A DNA stretch of 64,000 nucleotides. It comes from Alphaproteobacteria bacterium (GTDB taxonomy: Bacteria > Pseudomonadota > Alphaproteobacteria > MPNO01 > UBA830). Positions 53,987 to 64,000 of this stretch are shown in pieces. Under the pieces are notes generated by a model. It did no database searches and was not told where the DNA came from. It saw nothing but the letters and a program-made list of their open reading frames with translations. The DNA is taken from the NCBI GenBank assembly GCA_964291215.2, contig OZ219791.1, positions 1,184,001 to 1,248,000 on the forward strand, read 5' to 3'. The position numbers and the translations under genes are program-made. The stretch's first letter is position 1, and every line of letters starts with the position of its first letter.

Positions 53987-54526
53987 TAGTACACCGGCAT
54001 TGTATTGATGGTTTTTGTGGGTAGTATTTTCGTGTCGGCGTTCGTTGGAATCCGGACAGTGCCGATACGGGCAAGATGCCGAACAGGCAGGCAGCCCCAT
54101 GCGCAGGTCCGGACAACGGGCATGCCCGCAGGTCTTTGGGGCAATGACAGGAGCGGCGCATATGGCCAACTCTCAGGGCAGGAAACTCTACCGGGTGACC
54201 CTTTCGGCGCAGGAGCGCCGGGATCTGAAGGCGATGGCACCGGGGCTGCCTGGCGCCGGGCACAGGTCCTGATGCTGAGGGGGCGCTTGTCGATGCCGAC
54301 ATTGCGCTGGGCATCGGCACGGCGACGGTCGAGCGCTTGCGCAAGCGCTGCGGGGGCTGGACGCCGCCCGCAAGGAGCAGGTGAACCGCCGGCCAAAACG
54401 GGGGCGATGGAGGCGAAGCTGGTCTCGTCCCCGCCCGAGGGCTGTGGACGCTGCTCGCCGGCCGTCTGGTGGAGATCGTCGAGCGCATTTCGGAAGAAAC
54501 GGTCAGGAAGACGCTAAAAAAAGAGG
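53987..54526 (+). mobile_element. Different IS630-family element, 5' remnant
   Basis: YRVTLSAQERRDL, RRAQVLML, GIGTATVERLRKRC, ISEETVRKTLKK across frames. Confidence 0.75.
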
Positions 54527-55691
54527 CCCCCGTTCCATAGTGAAGTGCAACACATGATGGGCTGTGGCCATGTGTTTTTAGACGCATGATGTTGCGGAGC
54601 TGTCCAGCAGCGGCGAAAGTTCCTGTACAAGATGGAGGGAGCTTGTTCATGTCCAAAGGCTACCGTCACCTACGAAGAGCGATGCCAGATTGAGGCAGAA
54701 AAGCGGTCAAGGTACGATTGCTCGGCAGCTGGGCCGATCAACAATTTTCCGGGAGATCAAGCGCAACACCGGGGGACGGGGTTACCGTCACAAGCAGGCG
54801 CAAAGGATGGCAGAAACGCAGGGCAGCTTCGTCTGTTTCCTGGCGGTTGACGCCTCGGGTTGAAGCTCAGAAAAAGCTGCGGGAGGGCCCCGAGCAGCGG
54901 CCGTTTTCGACTGGAAGGCCGTGAACGGATCCATGATCGCCGAAGATCGGAGAGCTGGGGGCGTCTTGAAGCTTCGGCGGCGCGGCAAGAAGCCGAACTG
55001 GAAGGGCGGATGCCATTCTGGCCGGGTGGACATTTCCGAGCGCCCTGCGGAGGCAAAGGAACGGATCGGCGACTGGGAGCCATCATCGGCAAAGCTCACA
55101 GTGGAGCTGTCGTGTCGCTCGTGCCACGAAATACACCTTGCCGGGTGGACAGAAAGACCCGGTCGGTTCGGTCATGATGCTCGGCTCTGGTGCGCTATTG
55201 GTCCACACAATCACAACGGCAAAGAGTTCGCAGACCACAGGCGTGTCGCACTTGACGCAGATTTCTTCTTCGCCTTTCCATTCCTGGGAGCGCGGCTTGA
55301 ATGAGCACACCAACGGCCTGGTGCGGGAGTACTTCCCGAAGGGCACGGACTTTCGCGCGACATGCAACGAAGATGTTCAGAAGGTGCGGCTCAACACTCG
55401 GAAAGTCCTGGGATCGCCGACGGAGGTAATCTTGAAGTGAAACCGCCCTGACCATCTGCGTTCCAAAGCCGCAACGTGCAGCAGGGTCCATGCCGCGCGA
55501 CGGCGAAATAGTGGCTTGAAGCCGACAAAGGCGTTGCATAAGCTCGATGTTGAAGGAACTGAAGCTGTTCCCAGGCGGAATCGAGAGGGGCAGAGAGGAA
55601 AAATTTGCGCAACACCCGGCCCTCATCTCCGTTCGGGCTACGACCTCACTGCGATGAGGGCCGGGTGTTGCACTTCAGACTGGAAGTGGGG
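54527..55691 (+). mobile_element. IS30-family element (degraded, both ends present)
   Basis: Same IRs and body as the other copies. Confidence 0.92.
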
Positions 55692-55957
55692 CCATTTTTC
55701 GTCGATGAGGACCGCGGTTAAGAGGCGCTCCAACGAGGCGAGGTTCAGAAAGACCCTGACTTTGGAGGTGCGCCGCTTGAGCTCTTGCTGGATCGGCCGC
55801 TCGATACCGTTCGAGGTTCGCATGCGCTTGTGGTGAGCATCGGGCAAGGTGAAGACAGCGAGCCCCGCATTCTTTTCCAGCCAGAAAGCCCGGATACTTG
55901 TCGCTGGCCGCGAGGGCGCCCAGTTCAGCCTCGGCGGTTTGGAGTGAGGACGCATTC

Positions 55958-57059
55958 TAGTGTCTTGTCATTCATAAAATGTCGGATAAAAACGTTTGAG
56001 TTTCACGCGGGCATCGTCGGTGGTGAACTGCCAATCCACCTTGGCCTGGATGCGGTCGCCTGCCAGGCGGCAACTTCCCGGCGTAGCACCTCGATGCAGT
56101 CGATGCGGCGGTTCAGGCGGATCATGACGTTGAGTTCCACCACGTTCAGCCAACTGCCGTGCTTGGGGGTGTAGACGAACTCGAAGCGGTCCCACAAGGC
56201 CTCGTCCGGCGGGTAGGCCTCATAGAAGGCGCCGGGGAGTGTTGAGATTGTCCATCACCAGGGTGATGGTGGTGGCGTCCTGGTAGCGCCCGGCGATGTC
56301 GGCCAGGAACTGCGCCCAGTCGATCTTGCGCTCGGTTACCTTGGTCATGCGCTTGCCGGCCAGGGGTTCCGTGAAGACGTTGCAGGTGCCGCAACGTCGA
56401 TACTCGTAGTCGTTACGTCCGTCCCGGCGCCATGGCGATCGGTTGCCGTGTCTCGCCGGTCGGGGCGTTTCGTCCATGCAGACCACGGGGAAAGCGGCGG
56501 GGCGGCGATCGAGCACCTTCGCTGCGGCGAAGTCGGCGTTCCCTTGAGGAGGAATCACCCACCCGCTGCCATGGCTTGAGGCAGTTTTTTTTAGAACACG
56601 CCGCACCGTCTCGTGTGACACGGTGTAACCAAGCTCGACAACGCGGTCGGCCAGCAGCCGCAACGACCATTGCGCGTAACCCTCAGGCGGTTCACCACAA
56701 CTCAGGGCCACGCGCCTCGAAGACGCCGTCGGCTTTTCGCATATAGGTAGGACGGCGCCGGCCACCCAATGCCGCCTCCAACCCCTCGAAACGCTTTTTC
56801 ACCCGGTCTACTTTGCGCATGCTGATGCGCAGAATCTCGGCAATGACCTTCCCGGTCATCTGGCATTCATTGAACGCGCCCTCGTCGCAGTTAAGCAGGG
56901 CGTTGATTACCTTTTGCGACAGGTGCGAGCCCTTGATCTCCGAAAGTTCTGCCCGTTCGTCCAGGGTCACCACGTAGCGTTTCATACTCCGACCTCCATC
57001 CCGAATGGACGGACAGTCTAGCACCAAATGTACGACATATCATTGCTGACATAACACTA
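55958..57059 (-). mobile_element. IS630-family element, copy 2 (degraded)
   Basis: Near-identical to 44436-45511; TA at both ends; YTPKHGSWLN. Confidence 0.92.
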
Positions 57060-57296
57060 GCGAAAATTGCAAACGCGGCAGCGGATGATGCCGACCAGAG
57101 ACAGAAGACCGGAGATCATGACTATTCTCCATGCGCTCCATGCCCGCTATTAGTCCGACCAGCAGCGAGCGGCCTTCATTGAGGATCAGTTCCGCATCTG
57201 CTGCGAGCATGCCGGCCCGCGTGGCCGATGGACGGCGTGCTCCTTGCGGGCTAGAACAGGCGGGTTATCCACAATCCTCTCTGGTGGCTGCCGCCC

Positions 57297-58184
57297 ATGA
57301 CCCGAATCGACATCCAGTTCTCCATGTTCTCCGCTTTCTATTCTCCGTTGATCGCAACGATGGCCGGCGGGTTTCTGGCCGAGGAGGGGCTGCAGGCTGA
57401 CTGGTCGGTCTCGCCGCCGGCGGTCTCCGCGATCGCGGCCCTGAAGGACGGTTCGGCTCATATCGTACAGTCGGCGCTGAGCCAGGCTTTCGGACCGTTG
57501 TCGAAAGGCGAGGATCCCGGCGTTGTCCACTTCGCCCAGATCAACGAGATGGACGGCTTCTTCCTGACGGGGCGAGAACCCGATCCGGACTTCGACTGGC
57601 GCAAGCTCGAAGGCGCGGAGGTTGTGCTGTTCGGCGGCGGCCAGCCGCTCGCCATGTTCAAGTATGCCTGTCACCGGGCCGGCATTGATTACGGCAGCCT
57701 GCGGGCGCTCCATCCGGGCAACGCCGCCGAGATCGACCGTGCGTTCCGCGAGGGCCAAGGCGCCTATGTCCAGCAGCAGGGGCCGTTCCCCCAGCAGCTT
57801 GAAGCGGACGGCGTCGGCCATGTCGTTGCCCAAGTCGGCCGGCAGGTTGGACGGTGCGGCTTTTCCAGCCTGTGCGCCCGGCCGGACTGGCTGGCAACGG
57901 GGATGGCCCGGGCCTTCACCCGTGCCTACCGCAAGGCCCGGCTCTGGCTGAACCGGACGCCGCCGGCCGAGATTGCCCATGCCGAGGAGGACTTCTTCCC
58001 GGAGATCGACCTGGCGGTGCTGGAACGCTGCATCGCAGCCTACCAGCAACTGGGCTGTTGGACGCCCCATATCGAGATCACGCCGGAAGCCTACGAGGCG
58101 ACACTGGATATCTACGCCTATAACGGCCTCATTGATGCGCATTTCGCCTATGATCGGGCCTGTGCCTTGCCGCCGGAGGGTTAG
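57297..58184 (+). CDS. ABC transporter substrate-binding protein, NMT1/THI5/SsuA-like
   Basis: SAFYSPLIA..GFLAEEGL, FAQIN.MDGFFL; intact 295-aa ORF with no clear signal peptide. Confidence 0.75.
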   Translation: MTRIDIQFSMFSAFYSPLIATMAGGFLAEEGLQADWSVSPPAVSAIAALKDGSAHIVQSALSQAFGPLSKGEDPGVVHFAQINEMDGFFLTGREPDPDFDWRKLEGAEVVLFGGGQPLAMFKYACHRAGIDYGSLRALHPGNAAEIDRAFREGQGAYVQQQGPFPQQLEADGVGHVVAQVGRQVGRCGFSSLCARPDWLATGMARAFTRAYRKARLWLNRTPPAEIAHAEEDFFPEIDLAVLERCIAAYQQLGCWTPHIEITPEAYEATLDIYAYNGLIDAHFAYDRACALPPEG

Positions 58185-58339
58185 AGCCGATATTGCGCAG
58201 CGCTAGGGTCGGTGCCGACAATCCCGATCCGGCGGCGGCCTGAGCGGTTGTCGCTCCACGGGTGCTGGACAGGGGTCGGCCGCGGAGGCGGATGTCATCG
58301 CCGCCGTCGGCGCGGCGCAGGGACCCGGCGGCGATTTGG

Positions 58340-59684
58340 CACGAGGATCCCATGCTAATTCGGAGACGCGAAATCCGAATGCGTTGGGGCTCGCGTCATT
58401 ACAGATCGCCTCCTTGATCGCAATGTTCGCGCCGAGAAGGCCCCATCGAGCCTTGGCGGCACGATTGCAAACTGAAAAAATCTCGCCAGTCGTCGCCGAT
58501 TAGGATTCTCGCCAAAATAGATTGTTTTTTGGTGTGGATCTGTCATCGATGATGTCATGGAAGCGATGGTCGATACGCTGCGATCCAAATTTGTGGTGTT
58601 GCGTCCGGTTCTGGACGAACGCGCGCGGCGCCTGTGGGCGGCGACGGAGGTCCGTGCCATCGGGCGCGGAGGCGAGGGGTCGAGGCGACGAGGATAGGCA
58701 CCGTTCACGCCGGAGGAGCTTGATTCGGAGTCTTCGAGTGAGGTTCCTTCAGGACGTTTGCGTCGCCCCGGCGGCGGGCGCAACGGATTCGGGGTTGGTG
58801 GCGGCGCGCGAGCTTGAACCGATGACGCGCGGCGATCCGGAGAGTTCGCTGCGGTGTCACAGTGCCGCTGGCGGACCGTCTTGCGGTCGAGGGCGTCAGC
58901 GAGCGCACGGTGAACCGGCTGCTCCACGATCCGGGGTACAGCCTCCAGGCCAATCGCAAGACGCTGGAAGGCCGCCAGCCCGGGATGCGCAGTTCCGACG
59001 CGCCGGGTGCGCGCGTTCCGGAGGCTGGGCCAGCCTGTGGTGACACGAAGAAGAGGGAAATCCAGTACCGCAATGGCGGCCGGGCCCCAAGGGCGACTCT
59101 GAGGCCGTCGACGTGCATGACTTCCCCGATCCGGAGCTCGGCAAGGCGATCCCCTGCGGGGTCTACGATCTCACCGCCAATGTCGGCCGGGTCAGCGTCG
59201 GGCACGACACGGCGGCGTTCGCGGTCGAGGCCGCTGGTGGCGGCAGATGGCCGGCTCCTCTATCCCGATGCCGGGCGCCTGCTGATCACCGCCGACGGCA
59301 ACAGCCGCAACCGGCTGTGGAAGCTGCAGCACCTCGCCGACGAACTCGGGTTGAAGGTGTCGGTGGCCCACTTCCCGCCCGGAAAGTGGAACAAGATCGA
59401 GCACCGGATGTTCTGCCATATCACCCGGAACTGGCGCGGCCGGCCCCTCGTCAGCTACCAGGTGATCGTCAAGCTGATCGCCGCGACCACCACCGGCCTC
59501 ACCATACGCTCGGACCTCGACGAGAACAGCTATCCGCTCGGGGTCAAGGTCAGCGACGATCAGATGGACGGCCTCGCCATCCGCAGAGACCCGTTCCACG
59601 GCGAGTGGAACCATACCCTCGCGCCCACGGACATAATGACAAAATTATTTTGGCGAGAGCCTTTAGCAGCGTGGGATCATCGTG
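58340..59684 (-). repeat. ~190-bp palindromic repeat, copy 4, interrupted by an ISAzo13-like element
   Basis: 58340-58501 plus 59663-59684 rebuild the reverse complement of copy 1. Confidence 0.9.
58502..59662 (+). mobile_element. ISAzo13-family element (degraded)
   Basis: IRs TCTCGCCAAAATA/TATTTTGGCGAGA; ~3-bp TTA/TAG duplication; GYSLQANRKTLEG, HDFPDPELGKAIP, HFPPG-KWNKIEHRMFCHITRNWRG, FHGEWN. Confidence 0.9.
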
Positions 59685-59799
59685 GGCGATTCGGACTTGC
59701 CGGTGGCAGGCTCCGGTGTTACCATCGAATGGCTCTGAAAACAGGCGGTTTTTCCGCTGGGACGGGCATCGGACATCACTCAGAGAGTTGTAGATCAGC

Positions 59800-60096
59800 A
59801 TGAAGACTATCGTGAACGGACACCAGGTGGATGTAGGACAGTCCTTGCGCGACCATGCCGAAAGCCATCTGGAAGAGAGCGTCGGCAAGTATTTTGCGGA
59901 TGCTACGGACGCGCATGTGACCTTCTCGCGCGAAGGTTCGGGTTTCCGCGCCCACATCTCTGTGCATGTCGGCCACGACATCCATGCCGAAGGTCATGCC
60001 GATGCCGCAGATCCCTACACCAGCTTCAACCAGGCGACGGAACATGTCGCTAAGCAGTTGCGCCGCAGCAAGCGCAAGTTGCGTCAGCACCACTGA
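59800..60096 (+). CDS. hpf: Ribosome hibernation factor HPF/RaiA (short form)
   Basis: GHQVDVGQSLR, KYF, DPYTSF, KQLRRSKRKL. Confidence 0.88.
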   Translation: MKTIVNGHQVDVGQSLRDHAESHLEESVGKYFADATDAHVTFSREGSGFRAHISVHVGHDIHAEGHADAADPYTSFNQATEHVAKQLRRSKRKLRQHH

Positions 60097-60151
60097 GCAG
60101 TACGGGACGTTCAGGACCGGTGGCGCGCACCGGGAAGCTGGCGCCGGCCTT

Positions 60152-62325
60152 CACCCAAGTTGGTACTTTTTGCAGCCTGGAATTTTTATCACGTTGCGCG
60201 ATTTTTTTGTCTGCCTATTTCAACATGGCGCGTAACTGCTCACCCCCTGGTTCCGGCTTGATGTCGGGGTAGAGTAACGAACGGGTTTTCGTGGAGATTT
60301 GACACTGCAGGCCGATTCGCTTAGTGGTGGTCATCGAGAACGACGAGGATCGCCAGTGGGCTACTTTGGATCGAAGGCGACGAGCGGGCTGTGCCAGCTG
60401 CTTCCGGGGCTCCAGCCTCCGCATGATCTGTATGTGGAAACGCATCTCGGAGGCGGCGCGCTGATGAAGCGCAAGGCGGAGTACCGGAAGATGCCGCCGG
60501 GTGAGCGCCAGGCGATGCTCGCGGCGATCATGACCATCGAGGCCGGGTGATGGCGATGGTCAACGCGGCGTCGCTGCGCGAGGAGTTCGAAGCGGCCAAG
60601 ACCGCGGCGCTGCGTGCGGCCGGCAAGGTGGCGGAAGAGGCCGTGATCCGCGTCTTCGTCATCCTGCTCGACATCCTCATCGTCGTCCTTCTGGAGAAGA
60701 CCACGCGCAAAACGAGCCGGAACTCCGGTCTGCCGCCGTCACAGACGGACAAGGACGAGAGCGTGCCGGGAGCAACGGCAAGGGCCCGAAGCCGAACCGG
60801 CAGATGGGCGACAACCTGCGCAAGACCATCGTCGAGGAGACGGTCGCCGTCGATCGGGAGCGCCGCACGACATCGTGTTCGAGGTCGTCGAGCGCCGCGT
60901 CGACGCCGAGGAATGCCCGAAGTGCAAGGCCCGGACCAAGGGCCGGTTCCCCGACAACATCCCGTGCAGTACGGCATCGGCATCCAGGCCCTCGTCATCA
61001 ACCTGCTGGTCGCCCAGATGCTGTCCCTGCGCCGTGTCGTCGCGCTCGTGCAGGCAATCTCCGGCATCAAGTTCTCCGAGGCAACCTGCCTCAGCTATGC
61101 TTTCACGATGCGTCATGGGAGGAGGCCGCCGTGGCGCACCTCCTGCAACGCCCGATGTCGACGATTTCGGATCAACGGCAAGTGGCTCCATGTCGTCACC
61201 GACGGAACCCTGACGTGCAAGTTCCCGCACCGCAAGCGCGGGCAAGAGATCGGCATCATCCCGTGCTACAAGGGCGTCCTGAGCCTCGTACATGGGCCAG
61301 TGTAGCCACCAGTTGTGTGGCAGCCACCTGCTGCGCGAACTGACCTTTGTCGTCGAGGCTACCGCGCGACTGATGAAGAGCCTGCTCCGCAAGGTTTGCC
61401 CAAGATCAACAAGAGCGCATCCAAAACCCTGAACGACGCCGGGCCGTGCGCAAGCGCTACCGCACCATCAGGGCGCCAAGGAACTGCCCGACATCCCGCC
61501 GCCGACGAAAGGAAAACGTGGACGCATAGCAAAGTCTGACGCGCACAACCTGCACGAACGTCTCGTGAAACACGAAAACCTGCGCTTCACAGACGACCCC
61601 GACGTCAGCTTCACCAACAATGCCGGAGAACAGAAGATCAGGATGGCAAAGGTCAAGCTCAAGGTGTCCGGATGCTTCCGCACCATGCTCCACGCAAAAG
61701 CATGGTGCCGGGGTTCAAGCTACCTCACCTCCATGGCCGCACTCGGCTACAACCCACTCGTCGCCACCCAGATCGCCCTCGACGGAAAAGCCGCAGACAT
61801 CATCAACGAGCACTATGGCCAATCAGAACCCAACAAGGGGTGAGTAGATACCATGGCGCTACATCCTGTTGAATTCTGCCAGCTTGTGAGGTGGCTCCTC
61901 GTGCGGCGGGTTCGACACCAGCCGCCGAGGAGATTTCGGCGACCCCGGCGGTGCGCGTCCTGTCGGTTGACGATCAATGCACCTTGGCGCAGGCGCGTGG
62001 TGACCCTGGTTCAGCATGCTCTCGCGGATTGATGTCCGGCACTTGTGGATGCCCCGCGCGGGGATCGGATGCACCGCGGCGAGCACGGCGATCAACAGGT
62101 GGGTGGCGATGCGCTGGCCGGGCGCAATCCGGGCTCGGATTTCAATGAACGGAAGGTGGCCTCGATATCCGTGTCCCGAGCATCCATGTTTCCTGGCAAG
62201 GTTTTTGCGGGTGTCTGCGGTGATGTTTTCTGTGGTTGTCCACAAGCGGTGTGGGATTTGCCCTGCGAGCGAGGCGACATGAAGCTTGTGGTCCCGGCGG
62301 CGGGTTGCCGTCCATTGGTCACGTG
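60152..62325 (-). mobile_element. Internally deleted IS1634-like element, interrupted by IS66 copy 3
   Basis: TDIEATFRSLKSE-PGLRP and RIATHLLIAVLA at ~62060-62175; ends tentative. Confidence 0.6.
60232..61851 (+). mobile_element. IS66-methylase element, copy 3 (least eroded)
   Basis: Same IRs; 8-bp TSD CATGGCGC; KTSRNSGLPPSQTDK (IS66 NSxxPPS motif). Confidence 0.93.
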
Positions 62326-62479
62326 AACGCGGCTACCTTGCCGCCCCCGGGCACGTGACCGTCCGGGTTCCAGGTGTCCCAAGGCGGTTCGATCTCCTCG
62401 ATGTCGGCCTCGACGATGATCTGCAGACATTCTCCCCAAGTCGTGTCGTAGAGGGAGACTATCGAGACAGTCCCGGTCG

Positions 62480-63440
62480 CGCTTTCGGCAGGGCCGTGTC
62501 TCCTTCGCTCACTCACCGGTGCTTCAGGCAACGCTGCTGTCGCAGCAAGGTGTTCGCCAGAGCTTGCACATCACGGCGACAATGGCGACTTTGTGGGCCT
62601 TGTGGCGCACCAGATCCGCGTTGAGGCGTGCTGCCGAGGTCGCGGCCATGAACAGGAGATCACGTGGCCTCCGGCACCCGCCTCGGATATGCCGAGCACC
62701 GTGGCCATCGGCGCCACCCCGATCAAGGCTGCCGACGCTGCCGAGTTCGGGCATCCAGCAAAGAAGGGCCGCGGCGGTCACCGGACCGGGGATCGAGGTC
62801 AGGGTACCTCTGCTCGGGATCACCGGCGATCACCGCTTTGATCGCCGCACCGGCAATGCGATCATCGAGATCGGCCGCCGAAGCCCTTGTGACGGTCTCG
62901 CCATCCACCTCATCTGCCACTTGCCTCAACTTGGTCCGCACGTCGACAAGCGCGGCGCCAGGAGATCCCCCAGGCAGTTGAGGAAGGCTTCCTGAGGGGC
63001 CACAGGCTCGAGATCGCACCGTGCCGATCTTGGCGTCAACGCGGTTGGCCCAAAGCCTCGGCGAAGCCCTCAACGGGCAGGACAACCTCGAAGCCCCGGT
63101 CATGAAGACACTGGTGAACCTTGCGGTGATAGCGGCCTGTCGCCCACCACACGGGTTACCTCGAGGCTGCGAAGCCACGTGCCCGTGGCATCGTTCGTAA
63201 ACGACGCCCCAGATGTCCAGACTGGCTGACCCCTGCTACTACCTTGACCATCGTTCCTCGCCTTATGATGATACGGTTCAAACCCAAGCATCCATTCAGG
63301 ACGCAAGGGACGCCAAAGGAGGTTGCCACGCTCGGGAACGGCTCTATAAAGTCAAGGACGGAACGGCAGCCTCCGCGGAGATCGTTTGATCCCCGCTCCC
63401 CTGTACGTTCTCACACAGGGGAGCGGAATCTCTCTGCAAC
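62480..63440 (-). mobile_element. IS110-family element (degraded) with upstream non-coding region
   Basis: LTSIPG..TAAALLCWMPELG, RHIRGG..RDLLFMAA, KAHKVAIVAVMCKL. Boundaries approximate. Confidence 0.75.
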
Positions 63441-63529
63441 CATAGCTCTCCCATAGTCGAGGTTATCCACATTTTCCCGCCCCCAACTGCTGTGGATGAT
63501 TTCATCATCAAGGGGACAAAACCTGGTCA

Positions 63530-64000
63530 TATAAGGACGGTCTCCCAGTCGCTGGTGCGCAAGCGCCCGCGTTGTCTTGTCGTCTGTGGCTGAAGGCCGT
63601 TGCGTTGGCGCCGGCCTTCTCGACGGTGATCTCGTAGTGCCGGGCGACGGTGGAGAAGCGCTGCCCGAGACCGCTCTCCGGCACCTTGTCGTGGCGTCGG
63701 CCCTTGGAGGTGGAGCTTTGCCGCCTCGAAGCCCTGCGGCCAGGAATGGCGTCCTCGGCCCTCTTCCTGCTCTCGCTGACCACGCAGAGCCGCGCTGGCA
63801 AGGCGCCTGCACCTCGTGGTTGGTGCTGATCGATCAGCAGGGCCTCGGGCCCACCCTCGGGCGGCGCCGCCCGTGATCCAGCCGTGCTCGCCACGCGATG
63901 TTCGCCTCGGTGCCGGCGTCCATGACTGCCGTCGGCTTCGCCGCCCGCCTCCAGCCTCGACAGCGCATCCGTGCCCGGCCACGTTGCCCGGCAAGACCTC
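63530..64000 (-). mobile_element. IS1634-like transposase remnant (runs off window)
   Basis: PTAVMDAG..EANIAW, RFSTVARHYEITV..NATA, LRTSDWE. Confidence 0.6.

Larger units (their letters stand above)
53255..55957 (-). mobile_element. IS256 copy 3 (partial), split by an IS30-bounded insert
   Basis: 53255-53342 and 55692-55957 rejoin to the IS256 3' region; CCA is duplicated at the junctions. Confidence 0.8.

Noticed and set aside
44434-57060. CTAG context at IS630 ends as a novel targeting rule
   Set aside because: TA duplication with CTAG preference is established for IS630.

Overview
GC-rich bacterial chromosome segment, probably an alphaproteobacterium, possibly host-associated (inferred from gene content and IS load, not proven). 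There are two kinds of DNA. (1) Intact genes: the end of an HU gene; a CoA-dependent catabolic operon (enoyl-CoA hydratase, thiolase-fold protein, DUF35, acyl-CoA ligase, ACAD subunit, UbiD); TRAP and TAXI-TRAP transporters; a D,D-carboxypeptidase; galU-ugd-pmm; an HD phosphohydrolase; a nucleoside deoxyribosyltransferase; an oxidoreductase-SelD fusion; Fic; an AbiEi/AbiEii pair; dppD/F-like ATPases; a TbpB-like lipoprotein; an NMT1-like binding protein; HPF. (2) Dense, nested mobile DNA: IS66, IS256, IS30, IS630, IS4, ISAzo13, ISKra4, IS1634 and IS110 elements, a group II intron, a MOBF relaxase relic and a ~190-bp palindromic repeat. The strongest signal is that nearly all unselected DNA is riddled with short deletions, often at microhomologies, while IS ends and target duplications survive and neighbouring genes are clean. 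The deletions are shared between copies in patterns no single tree explains. Other candidates are an IS66 carrying a DNA-methyltransferase passenger, an IS4 transposase fused to a DruA/DUF4338-like domain, an IS30 collapsed to a 24-bp scar in a ribosome-binding site, and a local AT-ward hypermutated patch. All family calls come from motif recognition by eye, with no database searches. Pseudogene boundaries are approximate.
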